NCBI GenBank assembly: GCA_033764955.1
Contig: JANRIL010000048.1
Location: 64,001-128,000, forward strand
DNA length: 64,000 nucleotides
DNA from: Cyanobacteriota bacterium
GTDB taxonomy: Bacteria; Cyanobacteriota; Cyanobacteriia; Thermostichales; Thermostichaceae
Direction: 5' to 3'
Shown: piece after piece, positions 1-10,304 of the stretch
How positions within the stretch are numbered: the first letter of the stretch is position 1
Layout of the letters: the number at the start of each line of letters is the position of its first letter
Made by a program: the position numbers and the translations under genes
Notes under the pieces: generated by a model
What the model was told of the DNA's origin: nothing
The model's input: the letters and a program-made list of their open reading frames with translations, nothing else
The model's database searches: none

Positions 1-63
1 CTATTCTGAAGAGCAAATCAACAAAAATTCACACTTGCATCGCACAGCCGAAAGGATCAGCTT

Positions 64-462
64 ATGGTGGGTATTCTCAGACGCTTATTTAACCGACCGC
101 AGAAGGAGCAAAAAGCCGAGCCAATGGCCGATCCTCAACCCAAGACCAAGGATCCCAAAGCAGCTTTTTTCTTAGCACCCGATGAGGCCAAAAGTTTAGG
201 CAATATTGACTACATGCGAACTCCCCGCCTGATCAAGCGGACATTTGTGTCGTTGGGAACTAAAGAAGAGTTTGAAGTGGTGCAGCAGGTGTCGGCCTTA
301 GAAGCCATTGTCTTAAGTGAGGAGTCCGCTCCCGCCACCCCAGAGGGATCCCCAGTCGTCTCGCAGACCAATTCCCCGTCGGTCTCACCTCAGCGCCGCT
401 CCACCAGCTCTGATCTGGATAAGTTCCGCACGATGGCACGGGATCTCAAGAAAAAAACCTAG
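64..462 (+). CDS. conserved cyanobacterial hypothetical protein
   Basis: 132-aa ORF; FFLxxDEAKSLGNIDYMR and C-terminal DKFRTMARDL motifs resemble a cyanobacterial hypothetical family (recalled, not searched). Confidence 0.65.
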   Translation: MVGILRRLFNRPQKEQKAEPMADPQPKTKDPKAAFFLAPDEAKSLGNIDYMRTPRLIKRTFVSLGTKEEFEVVQQVSALEAIVLSEESAPATPEGSPVVSQTNSPSVSPQRRSTSSDLDKFRTMARDLKKKT

Positions 463-1163
463 ACCCTTGCTTGAGCAGAAATACCCAGAATTGGCAACAG
501 TTCCCCCAGCTCATCAATCAAATGGGTATGGGGGTGGGGTTGTAGCGCCTGACGGTCATGGGATCCATTGGTGATGCCAATCACATAGGCACACCCTGCT
601 GCGGATCCCTGCTCCAGATCAGAAGGGGTATCCCCCACTTTGGCCACCTGCATGACCGATTCCACCCCTGTGCGGCGCATCGCTTCCCAAATCATGTCTG
701 GGTAAGGACGACCTCTAGGCACTTCATCACTGGTCACACTGGCATCTATCACCCCACCTGCCAACCAACCCAGCCGCTTGAGGAGGGTATCGGCGGTCAA
801 TCGATCAAACCCAGTATCGAGAGCAACGCGGATCCCTTGCTGACGGAGAGATTCAAACACCTGTGAGGCGTGATCTTTTTCCGCTACGCTGGGCGAGGTT
901 TCATAAAAGTGCAGAATTGCCTGCCGATAAAGCTCATGCACCTGCCTCACCTGCTCTTGGCTGATGGGATGGTCAGGGGATCCATATTTTTCCAAGAGCA
1001 TCTGAACCGCCAATGGCTTGGGATAACCCATCACGGGATTGGTATCTTGCAGACCAATGACTAGACCAATTTGGGCAAAGGCGCGGATCAGGGCTTGACT
1101 GACATCGTGATTATCATGAACCGTTGTCCCTGCCATATCAAAAACAACCAGTTGAATTGTCAT
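459..1163 (-). CDS. HAD-superfamily phosphonatase-like hydrolase
   Basis: LVVFDMAGTTV motif I, GRPYPDMI, KVGDTPSDL motif IV; start moved to MTIQL (1163). Confidence 0.85.
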   Translation of the reverse strand: MTIQLVVFDMAGTTVHDNHDVSQALIRAFAQIGLVIGLQDTNPVMGYPKPLAVQMLLEKYGSPDHPISQEQVRQVHELYRQAILHFYETSPSVAEKDHASQVFESLRQQGIRVALDTGFDRLTADTLLKRLGWLAGGVIDASVTSDEVPRGRPYPDMIWEAMRRTGVESVMQVAKVGDTPSDLEQGSAAGCAYVIGITNGSHDRQALQPHPHTHLIDELGELLPILGISAQARV

Positions 1164-1353
1164 ACCAACTCCCCAAACAAACTGAACCATTAAGCATCCA
1201 CAGATTCAAGAGTAATGGATCCCTGAATTAAATTTTCATGAAAGTGGCCTTAAAAAGTCATTGAGTCTAGAGATAAGCTCAATAGATTTTGTAGACAAAT
1301 CAATCCTTGCCACATGATAATTTGTTTTTGTTCCTGGCAAGCCAACTTGATTC

Positions 1354-1560
1354 TCAATACAACCCTTCCCTCAACCATTCAATACAATAGAAACACTTGG
1401 TAAACCAGCTTTTGAGTTGAGCCTGATCAATCAAGTTAATGGCTATCTCAATAAACTTTTGCAGACCTCTTGCTATCCTAGTCTTACGCTTACAAATCAG
1501 GATCTTAAGTTGTGACCACATCATTTCTATCAGATCAAACAATATCCTTAGACAACGGAT
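1354..1560 (-). pseudogene. IS630-family transposase C-terminal remnant
   Basis: DLIEMMWSQLK...IAINLIDQAQLKSWFTKCFYC matches the PIExxWSxLK...WFxHCCY end of IS630 transposases; upstream part is decayed and AT-rich. Confidence 0.7.
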
Positions 1561-1717
1561 TGGAAGGTTAGTCAGAAAAACTCTATCCTTTTCCAAAAAG
1601 TTGGAGAATTTTATTGGGAGAATCTTCAACTTCTTGTATCACTACGATTTAGCATTACTTGAATGCAACATTACTTGGGGCTAGTGCAGATTTATCCTTT
1701 TAGATCTCTGCTATTTA

Positions 1718-3214
1718 CTAATACTCACTTAAAAGAGCCTCCACAAACTCATAGCTAGAAAATGGCCTGAGATCTTCCAACCCTTCTCCTGCTCCAATAA
1801 AGCGGATAGGCAACCCCATTTGTTGAGTGATAGCGAAGGCAATTCCCCCCTTGGCGGTACTATCCAGTTTAGTTAAAACAACCCCACTTAATTGAGCAGC
1901 TTGAGCAAATACTTCGGCCTGCCGCAGCCCATTTTGTCCGAGGGTGGCATCCAGAACTAATAGAGATTCTACAGTAGTATCGGGAGCTTTTTTGTCAATA
2001 ATCCGGCGGATTTTGGTCAATTCCTCCATCAGATTTTTCTTGTTTTGCAGACGACCAGCAGTATCAATCAGCAATAATTCCGTTTGTCGGGCTTGAGCCG
2101 CGCTGATGGCGTCATAGACAACAGCAGCGGGATCCGTATTTTGTCCAGGGTTGGCAATCACCTCTACACCGGAGCGATCCCCCCAAATTTTGAGTTGTTC
2201 TACGGCGGCGGCTCGAAAGGTATCAGCGGCGGCAATCAGAGATCGGTAGCCAGATTTTTGGGCGACATGAGCAATTTTGCCAATAGTGGTGGTTTTGCCT
2301 GCTCCATTCACGCCCACAATCAGCCAAATGTTGAGGCTATCACGGGTGGGAGCAAAGGTGGGATCCCCAATCTCAAGCATCTGGCGCATCTGTTCCTTCA
2401 GATACTTGACGGCTGCTTCGGGGGGGAGGGTTTCCCGCCGCATCCGCTCTTGCAGGGCAGCGATGACGCGATCCGTGGCGTTGACCCCCACATCGGACTG
2501 CAAGAGAAGGGTTTCGATCTCCTCGACGGCATCCGCATCAATCGGCCCACGTCCAACGAGAGCTTTCAGTTGATTGATCAGGTTGAGGCGGGTTTTGCCC
2601 AATCCTTGCCGCAGTTTTTGTAGCCAGGTAATTTCTTCTACCGAGATTTCTTCGGCTTTTCGCCCTTGAGCCGCCAAGATCTCGGCTGACCAACGGAATC
2701 CGGCATCAAAGGCAAGCTGGGTGGTGGGATCCTCTGGGGTTGGCGGAGGTGGAGGGGGGGGGTCGGGGATAGCGGTGGCTTCCAGTTTCTCTAGCCGCTC
2801 GGTTGCCTTAGCCGCCAAATCAAAAAAGGTTGGCGCGTTGGGGGATCCCTCAGAGAGAGAGACGGCTGAGGGGAGCGGCTCTAGGGGATCCAATGCTTGC
2901 TGGTTGTCTACTAGCGCCTCAATCGGCTGAGACTCAATTTCAGTTTCGGGGATGACAGCAGGCGGATCGGCAGGCGGGATCCCGATGTCTTGTGGGGGGG
3001 TATCGGGGGGGGCAGAAGTGGGAAGAGCGGTTTCTGCCGCCATCTGCTGAGCTTTTACATTGGCAAAGGCAGCCTTGGCGTAGGCTAGTAAATCAGCCGG
3101 TTCAGCGGGGGCAGCCTCAGCCGTAGAAGCGGTTGGTTCCGGTTCGGCAGGCGGTGGCTGAGAAGGTGGAGGAGTTTCTTTAGCAAAGCGACGGCGAAAC
3201 CAATCAAATGTCAT
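1718..3214 (-). CDS. ftsY: signal recognition particle receptor FtsY
   Basis: GVNGAGKTTT, DTFRAAA, DTAGR and TKLD motifs; Pro/acidic N-terminal region; likely start MTFDWFRRR. Confidence 0.97.
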   Translation of the reverse strand: MTFDWFRRRFAKETPPPSQPPPAEPEPTASTAEAAPAEPADLLAYAKAAFANVKAQQMAAETALPTSAPPDTPPQDIGIPPADPPAVIPETEIESQPIEALVDNQQALDPLEPLPSAVSLSEGSPNAPTFFDLAAKATERLEKLEATAIPDPPPPPPPTPEDPTTQLAFDAGFRWSAEILAAQGRKAEEISVEEITWLQKLRQGLGKTRLNLINQLKALVGRGPIDADAVEEIETLLLQSDVGVNATDRVIAALQERMRRETLPPEAAVKYLKEQMRQMLEIGDPTFAPTRDSLNIWLIVGVNGAGKTTTIGKIAHVAQKSGYRSLIAAADTFRAAAVEQLKIWGDRSGVEVIANPGQNTDPAAVVYDAISAAQARQTELLLIDTAGRLQNKKNLMEELTKIRRIIDKKAPDTTVESLLVLDATLGQNGLRQAEVFAQAAQLSGVVLTKLDSTAKGGIAFAITQQMGLPIRFIGAGEGLEDLRPFSSYEFVEALLSEY

Positions 3215-3379
3215 GCTGCTTTCTCCCCATCCGCACACATTACTGCCCATCATCCGCCCCTAGAGCGGACTCTCGCAACTACGATAACGTTATTTTGACC
3301 CTGACTTGGTGTTATCGCTGCTATCACCACATGATCAGCTACCCCTATCCGTCACAGAGATCCCAGGGATAGGGCGGGC

Positions 3380-3772
3380 TTAACGTTTGGTCGAGGGAGA
3401 GAGCAATTTTTGGGAGAGCAAGGTTTGTAGGGTTTGGCGCAACACGCCCAGGCCATCCGCTTTTTCCAGGCAGGCATCGGCTTGAGTGACAGAGCGTTTT
3501 AGATCGTCATCGGCAAAAGCAGACACTAAAACCAACAGAGGAGGATTGGCTAGGGCTTGCCGCAGGTGGCAAATCACTTGATATCCATCATGAAACCGAT
3601 GGAAGCGAGAGGCAAAAAGGGCATAGTCAACCATCGCCAGATCAAACGATTCCACTTGGTTGATAAATTCGCAGGTATCTTCAAAAGTTTTAACCGAAAA
3701 TATATCGCTCAGGGCTAACTCAACCGCACTACACCAAGCACGAGAATCGTCAAGTACAGCAACTTTATGCAT
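3380..3772 (-). CDS. single-domain response regulator (CheY-like)
   Basis: VAVLDD, DLAMVD phospho-acceptor, LVLVSA, LEK motifs. Confidence 0.8.
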   Translation of the reverse strand: MHKVAVLDDSRAWCSAVELALSDIFSVKTFEDTCEFINQVESFDLAMVDYALFASRFHRFHDGYQVICHLRQALANPPLLVLVSAFADDDLKRSVTQADACLEKADGLGVLRQTLQTLLSQKLLSPSTKR

Positions 3773-4333
3773 GATTCACCCTTGTTCTCTCTAAATTGGC
3801 AGATTCTTGAGCTTCTCTTGGTTTCGATCATTGATATCTTAGAGGGAGCCGAAACCCCAGGTCTCATCAAACCTTTCACAAATACTGCTGAAAAAAGTAT
3901 TTTTCTCAGACAATATGGTCAAAGTGCAAAGCTTTGCCCTTAAATTTTGATCTTTAAAAGTTTGATCATTACGATCTGATTCAAAAATAAACACAGCTAA
4001 GCTAGCATGACTAACTTGCGAAGGGACTAGTAAAATTATCGATCTTTCGGTTCTCTAGCCATCCTCCAGACGAGGCAGGCTAGCGCCCCTAGCAATGGTG
4101 AGAATGTCAGCTACATCGCCACGGTTTGATGGATCCCTTTCCATGCGGATTTTCTGCTCCTCCCCATTCGGGTTAGGTGACTATTCAATATGTGAGGTCT
4201 TCAGTATCTAACGAGTATCAAATTTTATGTCTGATCTCAGTCACACGGAAGATGGCCTATCCGTCACGCTCTTGATGTCCTGTCCTTGGCAGGTGACAAT
4301 AGAAAAATCCTTAAATTCATGATCCTCCCTCCT

Positions 4334-5038
4334 GTGAATCCTGTTCGTACCGTTTCTGCCACCAAAGCCGCTTTTTTTGGGGCTTATGCTCGTCCCATCA
4401 ACTCTGTGTATCGTCGCGTGATTGAGGAGTTGCTCGTTGAACTCCATCTGGTGACGGTGAATGCTCAGTTTGTTTACGATCCGTTTTTTGCCCTAGGCTT
4501 GGTAACGGTCTACGACGCACTTATGGAGGGCTACCAGCCTTCTGATCAGCGGGATCCCATTTATCAGGCGCTCTGCAAATCCCTGCAACTAAAACCAGAG
4601 GTTTTGCGGCAGGACGCCCAAACCCTACTCGATCTCCTGCGCTCCGCCGATCCGCAGCAACGGTTATCCCTGCTTACCCTTCGCAACGACGCGATGGATG
4701 TGGGAGGGATCCGCAGCATTTTGGAACGGATGCGTTCTGGCTCCTATGCCTACAGCCGCATTTTGGGGATTGGCTTGTTTACCTGCTATGACCTGCTTCA
4801 GCAGGCTCTGAACCGCGAAAGTGAATCGCGCCTTGAGCCGTTTGTGACCGAGATGGCTATCCCCCTTGGTTTTAGTGGGGAACGGGTGAAGCGAGATCTG
4901 GAACTCTATCGCAATAGCCTAGAGCGCATGAAGCAAGCCCGTGCTGTCGTAGAGGAAATGGTGAAAGCAGCCCGTCGACAGCAAGAACGCCGCCAAACCG
5001 TTTTGGCTCAGCCGGAGGGCGGCAAAGCCCAAGCTTAA
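4334..5038 (+). CDS. psb29: photosystem II biogenesis protein Psb29/THF1
   Basis: RTVSATK, RPINSVYRRVIEELLVELHL, YSRILGIGL, RDLELYRNSLE; likely GTG start at 4334. Confidence 0.93.
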   Translation: MNPVRTVSATKAAFFGAYARPINSVYRRVIEELLVELHLVTVNAQFVYDPFFALGLVTVYDALMEGYQPSDQRDPIYQALCKSLQLKPEVLRQDAQTLLDLLRSADPQQRLSLLTLRNDAMDVGGIRSILERMRSGSYAYSRILGIGLFTCYDLLQQALNRESESRLEPFVTEMAIPLGFSGERVKRDLELYRNSLERMKQARAVVEEMVKAARRQQERRQTVLAQPEGGKAQA

Positions 5039-5064
5039 GCATAAATAAGCCCAATATAAATGCG

Positions 5065-5418
5065 ATGGCGGTTGCATCTTCTCTCTGGATCCTCATGACC
5101 ACAGTAGCCACCTCAGATCAGGCGGAGCGCTTAGCCACTGCCCTCGTGGAGGAAGAATGGGTGGCCTGTGCCCAGATTTTGCCGTCGATGCAGTCAATTT
5201 ATCGCTGGCAGGGATCCCTAGAGCGTTCTTCCGAACAGTTGATCCTTTTGAAAACGACCGCCGCCGCTTATGTGGGTGTTGAGCAGCGATTGCGGCAACT
5301 GCATCCCTATCAAGAGCCAGAAATTCTGGCGATTCCTGCCAGTGCCGTTAGTTCTAGCTATTTGGCCTGGGTTCTGGAACAAACCGCTTCTCGACAGGGA
5401 TCCCCCCCCTCTGGGTAG
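5065..5418 (+). CDS. cutA: divalent-cation tolerance protein CutA
   Basis: ACAQI, SIYRWQG, LKTT, HPYQEPEI, YLAWV. Confidence 0.92.
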   Translation: MAVASSLWILMTTVATSDQAERLATALVEEEWVACAQILPSMQSIYRWQGSLERSSEQLILLKTTAAAYVGVEQRLRQLHPYQEPEILAIPASAVSSSYLAWVLEQTASRQGSPPSG

Positions 5419-5433
5419 CGTGAGGTGGAATGG

Positions 5434-6603
5434 TCACCGAAAGGGTTGCCAGGAGGGATCCCAACGCTCAGCCACCTGTTGTGTGATCAGTCGAACATAG
5501 GCTGACCAATCTTGTGCTGCCAGATCCGGTGGTGCAAGGAGCGTAATATGACCTAGTTTACGCCCTGGCCGCGAGATTGATTTGCCATACCAATGGAGAT
5601 GAGCCTGGGGTAGAGCAGCCAGAGCCTGCCGTTGCTGAGGATAATCCGACTCGGCGTTTTCAAAACCAAGCAGATTGACCATTACCGCCCCCAAACAGGT
5701 GAGGTGGGGATCCCCTAGAGGTAGGTCGCCGATGGCACGCAGATGTTGGGCAAATTGGGAGGTGGCGCAGGCATCCAGGGTATAGTGCCCGGAGTTGTGG
5801 GTGCGCGGAGATATTTCATTGACCAGTAATTTGTCCTGTTCGGTGAGAAATAGCTCCAGTCCAAACAGCCCCACCACATCCAGGTGTTCCAGGATGGTTT
5901 GTAGTATGGCCTTAGCCACGCTTTCCACCGAGGGCGGGATAGCCGCCGGAGCTACCACCCAACGGCAGACTTGATTTTGCTGGATCGTCTCCACCACCGG
6001 ATAGAGAGCGATCTCCCCCCTAGCGGAACGCGCCCCCACGATAGCCAGTTCTCGCTGAAAGGGAATGTAGGCTTCCAGCAGGAGGGGTTGGGATCCCATC
6101 TGATGGAGGATTTTCTGTAATGACTCAGGATCCCCAGCCATTTGAGTGCCCAAGCCGTCATAACCATGTCGTCGCGCCTTGACCACCAAGGGAAATCCGC
6201 CCAAGTCGGCAATTTGTTGGGGGGTGGGGGGATGGGAAATGGCGAGGCAGGGGGGAGTGGGCAACCCCAGGTGTTGCAAAAACAACCGTTGTTGATATTT
6301 GTCCAACACAGGACTCAGCGCCGCCAGGGAAGGACGAAAGCAAACCCCCTGGGTGGCTAATTTTTGCAAAGCACTCACATCCACAAATTCATTTTCAAAG
6401 GTAATCACCTCCACCTGTTCGGCTAGGCGCATGGTGGCCTCCGCATCCTGAAGGGATCCCCAAACCACTCCGCTGGCAACCCCGACCGCCGGGTCATGGG
6501 GATGGGGGGTCTGGATCCAGATCTGGATCCCCAGTTCTTGACCAGCGAGCGCCAACAGTTGAGCCAGTTGACCGCCGCCTATCACCCCGACTCGCCTTAG
6601 CAT
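5434..6603 (-). CDS. purK: 5-(carboxyamino)imidazole ribonucleotide synthase
   Basis: GVIGGGQL, ITFENE, GYDGLG, NEISPRTHNSGH, YGK..RPGRKLGH. Confidence 0.96.
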   Translation of the reverse strand: MLRRVGVIGGGQLAQLLALAGQELGIQIWIQTPHPHDPAVGVASGVVWGSLQDAEATMRLAEQVEVITFENEFVDVSALQKLATQGVCFRPSLAALSPVLDKYQQRLFLQHLGLPTPPCLAISHPPTPQQIADLGGFPLVVKARRHGYDGLGTQMAGDPESLQKILHQMGSQPLLLEAYIPFQRELAIVGARSARGEIALYPVVETIQQNQVCRWVVAPAAIPPSVESVAKAILQTILEHLDVVGLFGLELFLTEQDKLLVNEISPRTHNSGHYTLDACATSQFAQHLRAIGDLPLGDPHLTCLGAVMVNLLGFENAESDYPQQRQALAALPQAHLHWYGKSISRPGRKLGHITLLAPPDLAAQDWSAYVRLITQQVAERWDPSWQPFR

Positions 6604-6780
6604 GATATCGCCCAAACCCATGACGTGAAACGAGCATAGAGCAGGCAGAGACAACTGACCAGAGGGAAGCCTCCCCCTTTCACTCCGCCTGTTGGAAGAT
6701 CGGGCAGGGATATCCTATCCTTATTGGAGACAACCGCTCCGATCCATAGAAAATTTGTACCCAATTAGGCTACTTTTCAG

Positions 6781-7497
6781 ATGGCAGAAAAAAATAATCC
6801 CATTCAAAAAATTAGTTATTTTGACGAGGGGTATCGCGCCCAAAAATTTGCTCAACTGCATCAAAAAAAGGATGTTTTCTTTGTGCAGGTTGGTGGCATG
6901 GATGGCAAGCAGTTTGATCCCATTTATCCTGCTGTCCAAAGGTATGGCTGGTCCGGCTTAATTGTGGAGCCATTGCCTGATTTATACGCCCTCCTTTGTC
7001 AAACCTATCAACCCTATCCTCAAATTATTTTGGAAGCCTGCGCTATCACGGAAAGCTCAGGTTGGGTGACTATGCATCGCATTCCCTTAGCCATTGTAGA
7101 AGATGGATCCCTACCGGATTGGACAACGGGAATTGCATCGGTGCGAGAGGATGAGAATCGCTTAGGAGGTATCCGCAAAGATAGTCTTCTGTATGAGAAA
7201 ATCCAACCCTATTTGGTTCAGGAACAGGTGGTAGGGCTAACGCTTGCTGAGCTGTTGGTCAAGCATCATGTTAAACAAATGGATGTCTTACAGATTGATG
7301 CTGAGGGCATGGACTACCATATTTTGAAGCAGCTTGACTTTTCAACCTATCAACCCTATCTAATCAACCTAGAATTTGCGAATTTACCCGAGTCAGAACA
7401 ACTGGCTACCCTTGATTTATTGGAGCAGCATGGCTATCGTTATCGCTGTGAAGCAGGACATGGGTTAGATTTATTGGCCGAGCGCTTGCTAGAATAG
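6781..7497 (+). CDS. FkbM-family methyltransferase
   Basis: FVQVGGMDG..FDP, GLIVEP, LQIDAEGMD motifs. Confidence 0.88.
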   Translation: MAEKNNPIQKISYFDEGYRAQKFAQLHQKKDVFFVQVGGMDGKQFDPIYPAVQRYGWSGLIVEPLPDLYALLCQTYQPYPQIILEACAITESSGWVTMHRIPLAIVEDGSLPDWTTGIASVREDENRLGGIRKDSLLYEKIQPYLVQEQVVGLTLAELLVKHHVKQMDVLQIDAEGMDYHILKQLDFSTYQPYLINLEFANLPESEQLATLDLLEQHGYRYRCEAGHGLDLLAERLLE

Positions 7498-7630
7498 CTA
7501 ACTAGGATCATCGTTGTCGCCGGAGCTATTTGCTGGCAGACTACAAAAAGAGGGCTTCACACCTGTCTTGGTATGAGTTCTTACTGTTTTTTATCCTAAT
7601 CTTTACCCGTTAATTACAGGGAGTTAAATT

Positions 7631-7816
7631 GTGGAATTTCCTGAACTTAAAGCTCTTGTAGAACGCGCTCTAGAAGATAAACAGCTAACCCGATATGAAC
7701 AACGACAAATTATGATGGCAGTGGTGGATGACAAAACAATTTCACCGGAAGAGCATGAATTGCTCGAATCGATTGTGGAAAAGATTTCTAGCGGCGAGAT
7801 CAAGGCTGTTGATTAG
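7631..7816 (+). CDS. small hypothetical protein
   Basis: 61 aa, GTG start after an AGGGAG RBS; ALEDKQLT / DDKTISPEE paired-helix pattern seen in small cyanobacterial proteins. Confidence 0.7.
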   Translation: MEFPELKALVERALEDKQLTRYEQRQIMMAVVDDKTISPEEHELLESIVEKISSGEIKAVD

Positions 7817-7865
7817 CAACATCATTCCATAGACATATTCTTGGCTGGCAAGGATTCTTAGGTCT

Positions 7866-9065
7866 CTACTTTGTCCTAAGTTCTCTCCTAACGTCGGTAA
7901 CTCGCCAACTAAGGTGCAGATTGAGATAAAAGTTCCAAAACATGACTGTGGCAATAGCCAACAGGTTTGCCAACAAATAGTGAATACCCAACCCATCCGT
8001 TAACATAATCAGGAGTAGCGAGTTAATTCCTAAACCCAGCAAGCAGATTACGTTAAATTTCACCAACCGTTTCAGCCGATTATGGGATCCCGGTTGTTTA
8101 CGGGTAATATCTCGGAATGTCCAGAGATCATTCCACAAGAAGTTGTTGAGGATAGCACACTCTGCTGCCACCAATTTACTGGCTACTAGGCCAAATCCCC
8201 AGCCCGTCGCATCATGCAATAGGTAGAGCAAGCTCATGTCCACCAAAACCCCTGAGCAGCCCACTAATCCGAAGCGCAGAAATCGCAGGATAGGCCAAAG
8301 AGAGAGCCGTAAATAGAGAAGATGCTGGAGATAGTGCCCATAAACCTGTAAAGAAATTTTGCTTTCCCCTTCCTGTCGTTCTTGAAAGACGTAACCCACT
8401 TCGCTAATCTGGCTGATGCTGCCCCGCCCCAACACTTCAATCAATATTTTGTAGCCAAAGGGATAGAGATCTCTCCCCGCAATCGCTGTCCGCCGCACTA
8501 AAAAAAATCCACTTAAGGGATCCGTCACCCGCCCTAGGATCCCTGGCAAAAGAATCAAACCAATTAACTGTGCCCCCCGCGAAATGATCCGCCGCTCAAC
8601 ACTCCATTGACTGACCCCACCCCCTTCCACATGGCGACTGGCAACCGCCAGATCGGATCCTGCCTGCATAGCTGCCACTAGATCTAGCAAGACATGGGGA
8701 GGATGCTGCAAATCTCCATCGATGACTCCCAAAACCTGCCCCCGCGCCAGTTGCCACCCTTGTAAGACAGCAGTCGCCAGTCCCCGGTCTCCCTGACGAC
8801 GCAGTACACGCAAGGCCGGATACTCTGCTCGTAAAAATTCGGCAACTTGCCATGTTTGATCCGGGCTGTCATCATCCACCACCACCAACTCATATTGATT
8901 GGCAAGAATAGGATCTAACAACTGACTAAGCTGGGCAATCAGGGGTTTCAGATTATGCGCTTCGTTATAAGTAGGAATGACCAACGACAAGAACAAGGGA
9001 TCCCCCGTCGCCAAAGACAAAGCTGGCACCCGATAGGCGCGCATTCCCCAATTTTGCGACATCAT
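7866..9065 (-). CDS. GT2 (dolichol-phosphate mannosyltransferase-like) fused to a GtrA flippase domain
   Basis: VIPTYNE, VVDDDSPD, DGDLQHPP, DPLSGFF; C-terminal RFGLVG..GVLVD..NNFLWNDLWTF GtrA domain. Confidence 0.92.
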   Translation of the reverse strand: MMSQNWGMRAYRVPALSLATGDPLFLSLVIPTYNEAHNLKPLIAQLSQLLDPILANQYELVVVDDDSPDQTWQVAEFLRAEYPALRVLRRQGDRGLATAVLQGWQLARGQVLGVIDGDLQHPPHVLLDLVAAMQAGSDLAVASRHVEGGGVSQWSVERRIISRGAQLIGLILLPGILGRVTDPLSGFFLVRRTAIAGRDLYPFGYKILIEVLGRGSISQISEVGYVFQERQEGESKISLQVYGHYLQHLLYLRLSLWPILRFLRFGLVGCSGVLVDMSLLYLLHDATGWGFGLVASKLVAAECAILNNFLWNDLWTFRDITRKQPGSHNRLKRLVKFNVICLLGLGINSLLLIMLTDGLGIHYLLANLLAIATVMFWNFYLNLHLSWRVTDVRRELRTK

Positions 9066-9137
9066 ACTCCTCACACCCACAACACATCAATCTGCACAAC
9101 CCTACCAGAGAATAGGAGTAAACGCAGAAAAACAGGA

Positions 9138-10304
9138 TTATTTTATCGAGAATTGTCGCCATGCTGAACTGAACAAATAGGCGATAACTTGAGAACGATA
9201 CGGCAAATTCCAAATCACTCGTAAGAACTCTATCCAATCCGGTTTAGCAAAATCAGCTTGGCAAGGGTAATTGGCACAGTAGTAGTGATAAGCCACTTGA
9301 TAGTTTTTTATATTTAGGCTAAGAACCCGAATGGGTTTAGAGGGATGCATCATACCCCATAGTAAAGCCGTCTGTTGCCAGGATATTTTTATCTTTGAAA
9401 TAGAATGAACAACTAAATCATATTCTGGCTGTTGAGCAAGATATTCGGGTAAAAGGTTATGCAGAAACTTTAAGCCAACTTGCAACGATAGCAAAGTATG
9501 GGAGCAGGTTGCTATTTGGATTAACTCGTGCCAGTTAATAGATTCAGAATGAGCAAAAATCATGCAAGCATCTGCAATCCATCGTAGAGGTGGAACATCA
9601 TTCCATGCCAATCCATGTGAGATAACATGTAATAGCAAATCTATTTTATTGAGAGTTTGAATTTCCCTCCCTTGGAAGTAAGCTGTTTTTGCTCTTTGCC
9701 AAGGATCATAACCGGGAAACAGAAACCAATGTAGATCAATCTCATAACCATATTGATTATGAAATGCTATAGAACCAAACCGATATTGAATCATATCCTT
9801 AGGAGTTTCGTTTATTCGATTCATGATTTCCGGATATTTAATATGCCAGCCAGCATTTAACAAAATATTGATAGCCAGAGTAATAGAATTAGATGGAATC
9901 AAGATATCAATATCCTGCATCGGACGAAAGCAAGGGCTAGAGTAAAAACCATCTGCCACTAGGGAAAATCCCTTAAGAAACAGTATGGGTATACCTTGAT
10001 GTTCCATTACGTCAATAACTTGTTGAGCAAAATAAAATAGGAGTTGATTACTAAAAGAAGCTTTACGGCGGATGCCTCTTAATTTCTGAGTTAAATCATC
10101 CCGAATGGAACAACTTTCAAGGTTATATGATAAAAGTGGAATTAATTTCAAACTACCTGCATCAAGGTTGTCAATGCTTTCATATTGACGCCATGTTGTC
10201 CAGGCTGACCCTACTTGTTTGGGATCCCTTGATAGTGCTGCCGTCAAGAGAAGCTTCTGGCTAGAATTGGGCAGGCTGTTACCTTGATAATTTCTAGTTT
10301 TCAT
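9138..10304 (-). CDS. nucleotidyltransferase family protein (NTP_transf_5-like)
   Basis: LFLKG...RPMQDIDILI, EIDLHW, LLLHVISHG, RWIADA motifs. Confidence 0.88.
   Translation of the reverse strand: MKTRNYQGNSLPNSSQKLLLTAALSRDPKQVGSAWTTWRQYESIDNLDAGSLKLIPLLSYNLESCSIRDDLTQKLRGIRRKASFSNQLLFYFAQQVIDVMEHQGIPILFLKGFSLVADGFYSSPCFRPMQDIDILIPSNSITLAINILLNAGWHIKYPEIMNRINETPKDMIQYRFGSIAFHNQYGYEIDLHWFLFPGYDPWQRAKTAYFQGREIQTLNKIDLLLHVISHGLAWNDVPPLRWIADACMIFAHSESINWHELIQIATCSHTLLSLQVGLKFLHNLLPEYLAQQPEYDLVVHSISKIKISWQQTALLWGMMHPSKPIRVLSLNIKNYQVAYHYYCANYPCQADFAKPDWIEFLRVIWNLPYRSQVIAYLFSSAWRQFSIK

Noticed and set aside
1439..1684. 81-aa plus-strand ORF
   Set aside because: Antisense to the IS630 remnant
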